From Patescibacteria group bacterium (GTDB taxonomy: Bacteria > Patescibacteriota > Patescibacteriia > SG8-24), in NCBI GenBank assembly GCA_041667185.1, contig JBAYFM010000004.1, positions 9,097 through 73,096 of the forward strand: a stretch of 64,000 nt of DNA, written 5' to 3'. The stretch's first letter is position 1. Every line of letters starts with the position of its first letter. Below the pieces are notes generated by a model. That model was not told the DNA's origin, made no database searches, and worked only from the letters and a program-made list of their open reading frames with translations. Both the position numbers and the translations under genes were made by a program. Below, in pieces: positions 1 through 9,104 of the stretch.

Positions 1-517
1 GGTCGAGATAGACGACCAGGAAGAACAGGAGCACGAAACGGATGATCTGGCGCAAGCCGAGGAAACCAGTGACCGGCGAGACGAAATTAATGACGAGCGA
101 GGAGGCGGCGACGAGCAGGAAGAAGAGGAATGGCAAGTCGAGCGGCGTGGCCACGACGCGCTTCTGGCGCACGAGCAGACGCACGGCGACCGAGAGCAGC
201 AGCATGTAAACCAGAGACTCGGAAAAATAGCGGGCGTAGACATAGATCTCGTCGCTCACAAACTTCAGGAGGAAAGGCTCGAACGGAATGAGCGCGCCCA
301 GGAAGATGATGACCCACTCCGGGCGGTAGAAAGCGAGGGCAAAAACAGCCAAGCCGGCCACGATAGCGAAAGCCTTCCAGGGCGAGGTCAGGACGACCAA
401 CGCGCCGGCCAGGGCGGCGGTGGCTAAAAGAGCGAAGGCGAAGTGCCTCCCTGAGGGACGTTTGATGTTCAGATCGACCTCAAAATAGCGCCCGATCCTG
501 GCCAAGAAGCTTTCCAT
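1..517 (-). CDS. Polytopic membrane protein, probably O-antigen ligase/polymerase-like (runs off the window)
   Basis: Manual translation from ATG at 517: MESFLARIGRYFEVDLNIKRPSGRHFAFALL...RVVATPLDLPFLFFLLVAASSLVIN...GLRQIIRFVLLFFLVVYLD. Open to position 1 and hydrophobic; TPLDLP...GLRQ..RF is typical of ligase N-termini. Confidence 0.6.
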   Translation of the reverse strand, partial: MESFLARIGRYFEVDLNIKRPSGRHFAFALLATAALAGALVVLTSPWKAFAIVAGLAVFALAFYRPEWVIIFLGALIPFEPFLLKFVSDEIYVYARYFSESLVYMLLLSVAVRLLVRQKRVVATPLDLPFLFFLLVAASSLVINFVSPVTGFLGLRQIIRFVLLFFLVVYLD

Positions 518-544
518 AGGTGGGTTTATTGTACCTTATTTACG

Positions 545-600
545 GAGAGTGAGGGAGTGCAGGAGTGCAGGAGTGCTGAAGTGCGGGAGAGACGGAGTCA
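545..600. repeat. Degenerate octamer tandem repeat (GGAGTGCA/GGAGAGAC/GGAGTCAG family)
   Basis: ggagtgca ggagtgca ggagtgct gaagtgcg ggagagac ggagtca; the same family occurs at 2761, 8650, 13677, 13893 and 25932. Confidence 0.8.
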
Positions 601-734
601 TGTCGCTCGCGAGCGATGTGGCAGGCCGAGTGATTGGTTATATAAAAGTTGTCGAAATCGTTATTGCCGGGCGAGACCCACACCACAAGGACGCTGTAAA
701 TTCGGAGGTGCCCGGTGGCGTAAGCCGAGCCCGG

Positions 735-760
735 GATTGCTTCGCTCCGCTCGCAATGAC
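735..760. repeat. REP-like palindrome of the GTCATT type
   Basis: GATTGCTTCGCTCCGCTCGCAATGAC (reverse complement GTCATTGCGAGCGGAGCGAAGCAATC). Confidence 0.7.
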
Positions 761-769
761 GGAAAAGGA

Positions 770-800
770 AAGAGCCTGCTTCGTAAGGAAGCAGGCTCTT
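770..800 (-). terminator. Intrinsic terminator
   Basis: aagagcctgcttc-gtaag-gaagcaggctctt hairpin, followed by a T-rich tract on the minus strand, downstream of the 829..1440 gene. Confidence 0.65.
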
Positions 801-828
801 ATAGAGGCGGGTTGAGATCAGGAAGGAA

Positions 829-1440
829 CTATTCCAGGTTGGCCATGTTGCCGGCTGGCGTGATGTTGCAAGCCGCATCGAAAGTGACGCGAATGCTGCA
901 AGACGGATTCACACCAGTGACCATCTCCCGAGTCGAGGCATTCCACCAGTTGCACTGGATGAACGCACGCGCCTCAGAGGTCATCGCCTTGAGCTGGTCG
1001 ATGTCACCGAACTGGGCCCAAGCTTCGTTCGGAGACTGAGTCGAACAGTTCTGCCAGCCGACGTAGCTCAGGTTGTAGGTGCCAGCGTCCGGGGCGTCCG
1101 TGAAAGCCATGCCGATGTAGCCGGAGTTATCCGAATCGAGCATGTGCGGGCCGTCGGTCCAGGTGACCGCTGTCGTACCGCGGATGTCGCCACGGAGCTC
1201 GCCACAGGTCGAACCTGACACGTAGGCAGAGCTGAAGTCCAGGACGCAAGCCGTCGGGGACTTGAAGGGAGCGGGCATGACGACTGCGGGCGTGACGGGG
1301 TCGACTGGGTCGACCGGGTCAACGATGTCAACGCAGTCCGTGCAAGCGCTGTCTTCATCCCCACTTTCCTGCACGCCGCAGGCGGTGAAGCTGAAGGTTG
1401 CACACAGGGCAACGATCGCGATCCAGAGATTCGTCTTCAT
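829..1440 (-). CDS. Hypothetical Cys-rich lipoprotein
   Basis: Signal peptide with lipobox (FTAC-G), DPVDPVDPV linker, RBS aggag upstream. Confidence 0.75.
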   Translation of the reverse strand: MKTNLWIAIVALCATFSFTACGVQESGDEDSACTDCVDIVDPVDPVDPVTPAVVMPAPFKSPTACVLDFSSAYVSGSTCGELRGDIRGTTAVTWTDGPHMLDSDNSGYIGMAFTDAPDAGTYNLSYVGWQNCSTQSPNEAWAQFGDIDQLKAMTSEARAFIQCNWWNASTREMVTGVNPSCSIRVTFDAACNITPAGNMANLE

Positions 1441-1530
1441 GATTGATCTCCTCTTTCTGGGAATTGCAGCGGTTCTCTGAATTTGTCGGCGAGGGCGATC
1501 ACCATGACCGCCCTCGCCAAGATCTGAGCA

Positions 1531-2397
1531 CTATGGCAACTCGAGACGGAGCAGGACCTGGCTCCCGAACGCGAACGCCGGGCAGCCGGAGTCGAACTCC
1601 GAACCGAGACGACCGGAGACGCCGACCTGGACCAGCTTGTGGCTGAATACCAGACCGAAATCTCCCGTGACGAACGCCGACTTAGCTTTGAGCTGGTTAT
1701 CGTAACCAACCCAGCTGGAGCCGACGCCGCCTTCGATCGCGAACCAGTCGTTCGCCGTCCAGGACAAGCCGCCGCGGACCTGAGTCCCGACACGGGCATT
1801 GCCACCGGACACGAGCGCATTGGCGTCGAAATCGATATCCCAGGAGTCCGTCAGGTTGAGCGTCAGACGAGTGCCGACCGGCAGACCAGTGTAGGTCGTA
1901 CCGTCGGACGAGCGCAAGACGAGAAACCCGCCCTGCGGCCCGATCTTCACACCACCCTTGCGTTCCATGACGTTCAGGCGGCTGTCGATCTCTCTGATTC
2001 TCTCCATGAGCGCGTACAACTGCTGCGCGAGCTCGACGTAATCCTTGGCCGTAGCCTGGTTGAGCCGATCCAACTCGCCGCGGAGCCGCGCAATCTCAGT
2101 CCGGACCGACGCCGCGATGGCGTTCTGATCCGCGCCCGGCTTCTTCTTGCCGAGCAATCCGACCTGCTTGCGCAGTCCGGAGATCTGATCTTCGAGGACC
2201 GTCACGCGCCTCGCGAGCGAGGCGATGCGATCATCGGCGCGAACCTTGGCGGTCGCGGTGCAACCAGCGAGACATCTTGCCGCTTCCGGCGGCAACACCA
2301 TCCGGAATTCGGACAGCGTATTGCTCTCATCGGCCGAGACCTTCCCGGCCCAAGCAAGAACCGCAGCGCAAGCGACCAATGTGCTGACCTTTTTCAT
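1531..2397 (-). CDS. Exported protein: coiled coil plus beta-strand-rich (barrel-like) C-terminus
   Basis: Start MKKVSTLV at 2397 after gagaggag; signal peptide, heptad region, then alternating hydrophobic strands. Confidence 0.7.
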   Translation of the reverse strand: MKKVSTLVACAAVLAWAGKVSADESNTLSEFRMVLPPEAARCLAGCTATAKVRADDRIASLARRVTVLEDQISGLRKQVGLLGKKKPGADQNAIAASVRTEIARLRGELDRLNQATAKDYVELAQQLYALMERIREIDSRLNVMERKGGVKIGPQGGFLVLRSSDGTTYTGLPVGTRLTLNLTDSWDIDFDANALVSGGNARVGTQVRGGLSWTANDWFAIEGGVGSSWVGYDNQLKAKSAFVTGDFGLVFSHKLVQVGVSGRLGSEFDSGCPAFAFGSQVLLRLELP

Positions 2398-2489
2398 GAC
2401 CGTCTCCTCTCGCCCCGACATGGGGGCATTGTGAAATGCCCTTGCGGGGCGGTTTGATACTGGATTCCTTTTGATCTCAACTTGTAATG

Positions 2490-2610
2490 AGCAACGCCTC
2501 GTTGAAACGAGACGCTAAGACCGTTTGACGTAACCGACGAAGAGAAGGAGGAGGTATCTTCGCTGGTCTGTCAAACGGTCCCAACGTCCCGGTCAGGACC
2601 TCTGCTACCT
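2490..2610 (-). ncRNA. Putative structured 5' leader (multi-stem junction)
   Basis: Perfect 11-bp stem 2519-2529/2570-2580 plus flanking hairpins, lying between a promoter and the CDS. Confidence 0.4.
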
Positions 2611-2625
2611 TCAAATGAACGAATA

Positions 2626-2654
2626 AATGTAACATAATCCGGGTGTTTTGTCAA
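2626..2654 (-). promoter_or_regulatory. Sigma70 promoter
   Basis: TTGACA-17-TACATT with a TGn extension. Confidence 0.65.
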
Positions 2655-2760
2655 GGGTGGCGGACAGCCATAACTAGCGCAGAATTACGGGTAATTAAAG
2701 CTGGATTGCCGGCTAAAATCAGCCGCAACCCAGCTTTTTTGCCTTATGAGCTGCGGAAAT

Positions 2761-2852
2761 TAGGGAGTTTGTGAGAGTGCAGGAGTGCGGGAGACCGACC
2801 ATCTCCCTGACTCCGTCTCTCCCAAACTCCCGAACTCCCTGACTCCGTCTCT
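2761..2852. repeat. Octamer repeat cluster, forward then reverse-complement arms
   Basis: gggagttt..ggagtgcg ggagac followed by ctccctga ctccgtct ctcccaaa ctcccgaa ctccctga ctccgtct. Confidence 0.8.
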
Positions 2853-2948
2853 TTTCTTCAGCCCCAGCTGGAGCTGAAATTTCCTACCGGAGACTAAAAA
2901 ACCCGCTTCTTCAAGCGGGAGGGCAGCCTGATGACCCGAGGTCTGGAC

Positions 2949-3590
2949 TCAAACTATCGCAGCCGGAGTCTCGTAGAGATCATGGCGGCTGGCGACAACA
3001 AGCACCTGGCCGGCGCCAGCGATGAGGCCGAGAACGAAGCCGGCGAAAGCATTGGCGGGGATATTGGGTTTGACCGGGTACTTGGACTGCAACGGCTGAT
3101 CCACCAGTTTCACCTGAAGATCACCGCCGCCGACATACTGCCAACCCTCGGTCGTAAGGACGAACGCGATGGCGCGGGCGATCTGCGTGGCTTGTGCGGG
3201 ATCGGTGTGATAGACGGTGACGACGAGCATGCCGGAGCCGCTGACGACCTGGGTCGCGATCATCTGATCCCACTGTTTGCGCTTCTTGGTCTCATCGGTC
3301 TTGAAGATGGTCCGGTCGATGTTGAACTGCGTGGCCAGAACCTTCTCGAAGAACGAGGTCGTGTAGATGATCTGGCCCAGATTGTCCGACAGCCGCTCCG
3401 AAGCTTTCATGGCGGTGTAAGGATCGGACTGCGACAACTGCTTCTGAATGATGAGCAGACGCATGGTGGAACTGTAGCGCAGAGGGAAAACGAAACTCAG
3501 GCCGGCTCCGAAAATAGCCGCCAAAAGGCCGAAAAGCACGATACGCTTCCAGCCGCCGGACAAGGCCCGAGTGTATTGGTAGTCTTCCAT
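2949..3590 (-). CDS. Wzz/YveK-like polysaccharide chain-length/co-polymerase protein
   Basis: Two TM segments, PLRYSSTMRLLI after TM1 and PVKPN before TM2. Confidence 0.75.
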   Translation of the reverse strand: MEDYQYTRALSGGWKRIVLFGLLAAIFGAGLSFVFPLRYSSTMRLLIIQKQLSQSDPYTAMKASERLSDNLGQIIYTTSFFEKVLATQFNIDRTIFKTDETKKRKQWDQMIATQVVSGSGMLVVTVYHTDPAQATQIARAIAFVLTTEGWQYVGGGDLQVKLVDQPLQSKYPVKPNIPANAFAGFVLGLIAGAGQVLVVASRHDLYETPAAIV

Positions 3591-3643
3591 ACCTTAATTT
3601 TACACGAAAAACCCGGCCAGCGCCACTCCAGGCACCGCTGGTC

Positions 3644-4843
3644 CTACCTGCCGGAATTGCCGCCGAGCACGACCTCGACGGTGATGAGAGCGCCGTTGCG
3701 AGCGACTGACAGCAGACCGCCGGGGAAAACACCGCGCCGGACCACCAGACTGACGCGGTCCTGCGGATCGTATTCGGAGATGATCTCAGAGAGAGTCCGC
3801 TTGGCGGTCACGTCATCGCTGTCGACGGAGACGATGATGTCGCCGGCGCGCAGACCAGCCTCGGCGGCAGGACTGCGTTTGGCCACGGCCGGGATCGAAC
3901 CGTCGGCCGAACCGAAAACCAGGGCGCCCTTATGCAAGAAATCGCGATCATCATTCAGTCCGACCAGGCTCCCCAGATCGAGATAATGGACGCCGAGCAG
4001 CGGCCGATCGATATTCTGGTTGCCGAGGATGGCGCTCATGCGATCAATGAAAGAGTCGAGCGGCGCCGCCAGGAGACCAGGCTCGACCAGACCGCCGAAA
4101 ACTGCCACGGCCTCGCCGCGGCGATTGAAGATCATCGCTCCGGGCATGGGAGTCTCGCCCTGCAGACGCAGATAACGGCTCAAAACCTCCGAGGAAAACA
4201 AGGGCCCGTGACCGGACGCGTCGGCCGGAGCGCCGAAACCGAGCATACTCAGATGCCGGGGTCCGAAGCCGGCATCGAGCGTATAGACGCTCTCCCCCGG
4301 GACTAGGGCGGCGGCATCGCCGAAAGACACGACCGGCAGATCCGCGGCGGCGATCTTGGCGAAAACGACGCCCGAATAAGAATCGCGCAGGACCCGCTCG
4401 ACCGCGTAGACCCGACCGCCGACCAGGGCGGCGAGATCTTTGGCTGGCTTGCCTTTGACGGCGACGAGCGCCTGACTGCCGGTGAGCAGCCAGCCGTCGG
4501 AAGTCAGCACGGCGCCGCTGGCCAGGGCCTCGTCCGGAAGATACGCATCCGCCAGCGGATCGCCGGAAACGGACTTGGCCGCGAAGAACAACACAGCTGA
4601 TTGATCCGCGATGACCGGCGCATCAGCTTCAGCGCTGTCAGAACCGAGCCGGGCCGCCGTACCGCGATCACGCCAAACCGTGAGCGTGGATGCCGACCCG
4701 CTGTCGGCCGGCAACAGATACGTCGCAGACAGCAGGCCGCCAACCAGACCGGCGGCGAAACCGAAAAAGACGCTGCTCACGAAGAACGGGGTCCAGCCGG
4801 ACCGCGTCAATTCGATAACGCCGTGTTTTTTGGGCCACATCAT
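3644..4843 (-). CDS. HtrA-like trypsin+PDZ protein, catalytic triad degenerate
   Basis: N-terminal TM; SGAVLTSDGWLLT; PDZ motif SPAAEAGLRAGDIIVSVD. Confidence 0.8.
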   Translation of the reverse strand: MMWPKKHGVIELTRSGWTPFFVSSVFFGFAAGLVGGLLSATYLLPADSGSASTLTVWRDRGTAARLGSDSAEADAPVIADQSAVLFFAAKSVSGDPLADAYLPDEALASGAVLTSDGWLLTGSQALVAVKGKPAKDLAALVGGRVYAVERVLRDSYSGVVFAKIAAADLPVVSFGDAAALVPGESVYTLDAGFGPRHLSMLGFGAPADASGHGPLFSSEVLSRYLRLQGETPMPGAMIFNRRGEAVAVFGGLVEPGLLAAPLDSFIDRMSAILGNQNIDRPLLGVHYLDLGSLVGLNDDRDFLHKGALVFGSADGSIPAVAKRSPAAEAGLRAGDIIVSVDSDDVTAKRTLSEIISEYDPQDRVSLVVRRGVFPGGLLSVARNGALITVEVVLGGNSGR

Positions 4844-4853
4844 AAAATAGTGA

Positions 4854-5642
4854 TCAGAACCAACCGGCGGTCGCCAGGAGAACAGCGATCGACAGGAAGG
4901 ACAGCGCCAGTTCGCGCCGAAAATAACGAACCTCGCCCGCGCCCCGCATGATCATCCGGACCACATACAAGGAAACGGCGAAAAGAATGATATTGACCGT
5001 GGCGTTGACCAGGCTGCCGGTGGGCAAAAAGGAAAAGCCGACGTAAGCCTGAAATTCCAGGGCGCCGAAAACCACGACCACGACCGGAAGTTCCGCCGAA
5101 GATAATCCGAAACCAGCCAAGCTCTCGCCGGCCAACCCGGCGACCAAAGCAGCGGCCGCGAGACCGAGCAATGGCATGGAAATGTAATAATAAGAGTTGA
5201 TGCCGTACAAAAAAGCCAGGAACAGGAACAAGCCAGCCAAACCGACCAAATTAGCCAGATAAGCCAGAGCCGGATCATCCGGCGACTCATCGGACAAGAC
5301 CGAGCGCACCTGGCTCAAATGGGATCCGACCAGCGCCGTAACGACCGCCGCGAGGAGATAACTGCCGACTGTTGATTCGATGATCAACAGATAACCGAAG
5401 CTGGAGATGAGCAGGACGAAGGACGGCAGACAAGCACGCCAGAGCCGCCACGGACGCGCCGCGCCCATACCGAGCCAAAGGATGGCGGCTGTGAAGACCG
5501 CCAGCGCCGCACCCAAACAGACCGCCCAGATGACGATGGCGACGGACAAGTGGCGCGCCGGCAACCAGATGGCCGCGACCAGGGCGGCGCCGATCAGGAT
5601 CGCGACGACCGCGGGCAGATCGCGGAAAGATATCTTAGGCAT
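4854..5642 (-). CDS. Polytopic membrane protein (DUF5656-like)
   Basis: About 8-9 hydrophobic segments; lies in an operon. Confidence 0.65.
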   Translation of the reverse strand: MPKISFRDLPAVVAILIGAALVAAIWLPARHLSVAIVIWAVCLGAALAVFTAAILWLGMGAARPWRLWRACLPSFVLLISSFGYLLIIESTVGSYLLAAVVTALVGSHLSQVRSVLSDESPDDPALAYLANLVGLAGLFLFLAFLYGINSYYYISMPLLGLAAAALVAGLAGESLAGFGLSSAELPVVVVVFGALEFQAYVGFSFLPTGSLVNATVNIILFAVSLYVVRMIMRGAGEVRYFRRELALSFLSIAVLLATAGWF

Positions 5643-5658
5643 AGATCAGGCGAAAACG

Positions 5659-6384
5659 TCAGCGCGGAACATAATGGATGAGAAAGCGCATCCGGCCTGG
5701 TTCGAGGACGATCGAATTCAGTCCGCCGAGACCGGACATGGCCGAAGTCAGAGCCTCCCCGATCACCCGATCCAGCACGGAAGCGAAAAGTCCGGACAAA
5801 CCGTCGGGAATATCGAGAGCGCCGAGGCGGAGACCGGTGACCTTGATCTTGAGCTGGCCATTCTGGACCACGGGTTCGATATCGGCTCGAACGGTCGCCT
5901 GCCGATCAGGACGGTCGATCAAACCATAAAACTCGAGATGTCCGGGATCGACAGCAATCTGGGTGCCGCTCAAAGCAACCGGCAACTGGGCGCCGGCCGC
6001 AGCCAAGGATCCGCGGATAATGGTCGTGAGCTCGGCTTCGCTGAAACTGATCTCCAGCGACTGCAGCAGGGCGTCGTATTTGGACTTAAGCGCCGCGGTT
6101 TTGGCGATCTGCTCCCCGGTCGAGCCGACGAGCGGCAGGACCTGGCGCGCAGGCTGCGATGGTTCGTACAACCAGCCCGTCAGGACCGGGACCGTGACCA
6201 GACCGGTCTTCGCGACCAGGGCGGCCGAAAGCAAGAGCGGCACGGCAACAGCCAAAAGTTCCAGCACCAAGCAGCCGGCGCAACCCAAAAGCTTCTTGCG
6301 GCGCTGTTCGTGATGGATCTCCGTGAGGATCTCTTTTTTGAGCGCCTCGCGATCCGACTGATCTTCGTTCTCGATCCTGGTCAT
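5659..6384 (-). CDS. Membrane-anchored hypothetical protein (DUF2140/LmeA-like)
   Basis: Single TM followed by FSEAELT...LRLGALDIP pattern. Confidence 0.65.
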   Translation of the reverse strand: MTRIENEDQSDREALKKEILTEIHHEQRRKKLLGCAGCLVLELLAVAVPLLLSAALVAKTGLVTVPVLTGWLYEPSQPARQVLPLVGSTGEQIAKTAALKSKYDALLQSLEISFSEAELTTIIRGSLAAAGAQLPVALSGTQIAVDPGHLEFYGLIDRPDRQATVRADIEPVVQNGQLKIKVTGLRLGALDIPDGLSGLFASVLDRVIGEALTSAMSGLGGLNSIVLEPGRMRFLIHYVPR

Positions 6385-6411
6385 AATGGATGCGACAAAC
6401 CGGCGGCGGAT

Positions 6412-6870
6412 CTATTGGATCAGCCAAGAATTTTCACCGAGCAGATCGCGGGTATTCGCGAGCACCAACTTCTGGTCGGCTTTGGAGCCTGACATGGCCC
6501 GACGCCATTGTTCGAGCAGCAGGACGCAGGACAGGTGGATGTTCTGGTCCGCTCCGGGGACACGGAGGCGCAACAGCCGCTCCTGGGTCTTATCGATGAG
6601 ATCGACGAAGATCGGATCGATCGCGGTGAACGCGGTCTCGTCCAATTTCTGCGCCTGAACAAAAAATGGCGTCAGGACCGAACCGGCGGCAGTGCGGTAT
6701 TCAGCTTCGCTGGGAGCAGTCACAACTTCGGACGCCGGAGCTTCGGCAACGGGCAAAACCCGCAGATTCAGAACGCCGTAACCGATGCCCGCGATCACCG
6801 CCAGGCCGAAAACCGCGAAGACGGCGAACCGGTTGATGAGCCGATGTTTTTTCTCATCCATAATAGCCAT
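6412..6870 (-). CDS. Single-TM hypothetical protein
   Basis: ORF in the operon with an N-terminal TM. Confidence 0.65.
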   Translation of the reverse strand: MAIMDEKKHRLINRFAVFAVFGLAVIAGIGYGVLNLRVLPVAEAPASEVVTAPSEAEYRTAAGSVLTPFFVQAQKLDETAFTAIDPIFVDLIDKTQERLLRLRVPGADQNIHLSCVLLLEQWRRAMSGSKADQKLVLANTRDLLGENSWLIQ

Positions 6871-6947
6871 AATATAACAACATCCAGCGTCTTGGTCAAA
6901 GCCTTGACCGCGCCTTAAAAAACGCTCAATTGAGCCGCGCTAGGCGG

Positions 6948-8057
6948 TCAGTCGCGGTCTGAAGCGGCAGCCTCGCGCTGCGGCCGCTCCCAGCGGTCTC
7001 CCCGATCGACATTCCGATCGTCGATTCCCGTATCATTGTCGCCATCTTCCCGCAGCGTTTCCCGGCCGCGCGAATGCTCCGGCCATTTCTGGTCCGCGCT
7101 GATCAGCATCTTGGCCTGCTGGGCTTGCCGGCCGGCTTCCTGGAACACAGCGAAGGCTTCATTGAATTTTTCCACGATCATGGCTGCGCGGCCGGAACTG
7201 ACGGCGGCTTCGGCTAGAGCGATCAATCCGCCGGCCTGGTCGATGGTCTTCACGGTCAGACGCGATCGATCCTCTGCGAACTTTTCTTTCACCGCGGTCA
7301 ATTTCTTCTCAGCGTCGGCCAAGCTGGCCTCGGCGGCCCGGCGGTTGTCGGGAACGGTCACAGCCTGCTCCGAATCGGAGCGGCGGACAGCGGCGCGGCC
7401 AGCCTGTTTCTCGGCGGTCTTGATGACATTCGCGGCACCGACGGCGCGCCGATCGTCGGGCTCGGACAACCGGCCGATGACCGCCGCATGGCCGCGCAAC
7501 GCGCTCTCCAGTTCTGAACCCAACTCAGCCGCCTCGCGGGCGTGGCCGCCGCGATCGATCTCAGCCAGATGTTCCTCGGCGCTGGCTGCGTGGGCGTTGA
7601 TCCGCTCTTCGATGATGGCGGCCTTGTCCGCATCAAGATCGCCGGCGTCAGCCAGAACCTCGGCTTCTTCGAGCCGACGCTCGGCGCGGCGCGTTTCCCA
7701 GCGGACCTGGGCTTCCGGAGTGACCGCCAAAGCCGAAACAACCTCTTCATTAACAGCTAATTTGAAGCCGTAAAGCGCATCGCCAGGCATCGCGCTTTCA
7801 GCGGCATAAGAGACTCCGGCGCTACCCACCAGAATCGCGACAATCATGGCCGCGGCCAGGACCGGACGGGCCGAAGACCGCAGTGCGAACGCCGACTGCC
7901 GCCAGAACCCGAGCCAGGCGGCGATAAAATTTTCGGACGCGCCGGCCCGCGGACTGGCCGCGTATTCGACCAGACGGACGCGAAGAAACTCGCGTTCGGC
8001 TTCGGTCAGAGCGACGCGTTTCGATCGTTCAGAAATATTATTCAGCAGATCTTCCAT
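6948..8057 (-). CDS. DUF5667-domain protein, probable anti-sigma factor
   Basis: AAESAMPGDALYGFKLAVNE...RAERRLEEAEVL motif after a TM; overlaps the ECF sigma gene. Confidence 0.8.
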   Translation of the reverse strand: MEDLLNNISERSKRVALTEAEREFLRVRLVEYAASPRAGASENFIAAWLGFWRQSAFALRSSARPVLAAAMIVAILVGSAGVSYAAESAMPGDALYGFKLAVNEEVVSALAVTPEAQVRWETRRAERRLEEAEVLADAGDLDADKAAIIEERINAHAASAEEHLAEIDRGGHAREAAELGSELESALRGHAAVIGRLSEPDDRRAVGAANVIKTAEKQAGRAAVRRSDSEQAVTVPDNRRAAEASLADAEKKLTAVKEKFAEDRSRLTVKTIDQAGGLIALAEAAVSSGRAAMIVEKFNEAFAVFQEAGRQAQQAKMLISADQKWPEHSRGRETLREDGDNDTGIDDRNVDRGDRWERPQREAAASDRD

Positions 8058-8571
8058 AGCGCGTTTTATCCAGCGTGAATTCTTTCTTCAAAGTCGCGAC
8101 GGCGCGATTGATCCGGACCGAGACGACGTTCTCAGACAGACCGGACAACCGGGCGATCTCCTGCGGACCCAGCCCTTCGAGAAAACGATGTTTCAGGACG
8201 TCGCGGAAGGCCGGTTTCAGACGGTCGATCGCGGCGACGACGCGGGCCGTTTCCGCGAGCTGCTCGGCGGAACCGGATGCGCCGGTCGGATCAAAACCCT
8301 GTTCGAGCAGCGCTTCAAGCGAGTCCGTCTGATGACGACGGCCGGCGTCGATGGCCAGGTTGGTCGCGGTCCGATAAAGGAAGGCTTTGATGTTGCCGAT
8401 CTCGCCGCCGCGGCACAGGTAGTCCCAAGTCTTCATGAAACAATCCTGGACCAGATCACGAGCCTTCTCGCGATCGTAGACGCGAAAATAACAGTGCCTG
8501 AAAATGGCGTCAGCGAGCTCGTCGTACGCCTTGATGAACTGAGCCTGGTTGTCCCCGCTCGTTGGATTCAT
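8038..8571 (-). CDS. ECF sigma-70 factor
   Basis: DAIFRHCYFRV..DLVQDCFMKTW..KAFLYRTATNLAID (region 2); GLGPQEIARLSGLSENVVSVRINRA (region 4). Confidence 0.92.
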   Translation of the reverse strand: MNPTSGDNQAQFIKAYDELADAIFRHCYFRVYDREKARDLVQDCFMKTWDYLCRGGEIGNIKAFLYRTATNLAIDAGRRHQTDSLEALLEQGFDPTGASGSAEQLAETARVVAAIDRLKPAFRDVLKHRFLEGLGPQEIARLSGLSENVVSVRINRAVATLKKEFTLDKTRYGRSAE

Positions 8572-8649
8572 CGTAATAATATGACGTTTCAAGCAGCCTT
8601 ATCTTACAGGGCTGATAGGATAATTTAGCTTGGATGGAGGGGGAAAGCA

Positions 8650-8727
8650 AGGGAGCAGGAGATGCGGAGTCAGGGAGAGACGGAGATGCGGAGATACGAA
8701 GTGGCGGAGTCAGGGAGTTTGAGAATG
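8650..8727. repeat. Octamer repeat cluster
   Basis: ggagatgc ggagtcag ggagagac ggagatgc ggagatac gaagtggc ggagtcag ggagtttg. Confidence 0.8.
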
Positions 8728-8754
8728 CTGGATTCCCGCCTACGCGGGAATGAC
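8728..8754. repeat. dRS3-like REP (ATTCCC-N8-GGGAAT)
   Basis: ctggATTCCCgcctacgcGGGAATgac. Confidence 0.75.
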
Positions 8755-8783
8755 AAAAAGAGAGTGCGGGAGTGGTCGGACCA

Positions 8784-9065
8784 TCAGTCGAGATGTCTAT
8801 AACCTAAACGCGAAAAAGTCACGTCCAGTTGTTTTTTCAAAGCAGCCCGACCATTACCGCCTTTCAGATATCGTTCCCGCCGTGCGGCCTCAATTCTAGT
8901 CAAATAAGCCTCGTAATAGATCAACTTCAGCGGCCGCCGGTCTCTGGTCGATCTCACCATGCCCGTACGATGCTGACACCAACGTCTGCGCAGGTCGTCC
9001 GTCAGACCCACATAAAGCTGCCGATCCTTCACGCTAAATAATACGTATACGTAGACGTAATGCAT
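8784..9065 (-). CDS. Small GIY-YIG nuclease (UPF0213/YhbQ-like)
   Basis: YVYVL..LYVGLTDDLRRRWCQH..RPLKLIYYEAY..AARRERYLK. Confidence 0.92.
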   Translation of the reverse strand: MHYVYVYVLFSVKDRQLYVGLTDDLRRRWCQHRTGMVRSTRDRRPLKLIYYEAYLTRIEAARRERYLKGGNGRAALKKQLDVTFSRLGYRHLD

Positions 9066-9104
9066 ACCGCGTTTCCTACCATAAGGCCAAAATCAGGTAA
9101 AGCG

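Noticed and set aside
540-878. Short ORFs over the repeat region
   Set aside because: They are translations of octamer and REP repeats with no coding signature.
2490-2610. Known riboswitch (e.g. c-di-GMP) or tRNA
   Set aside because: No recognisable consensus motifs, T-loop or CCA end.
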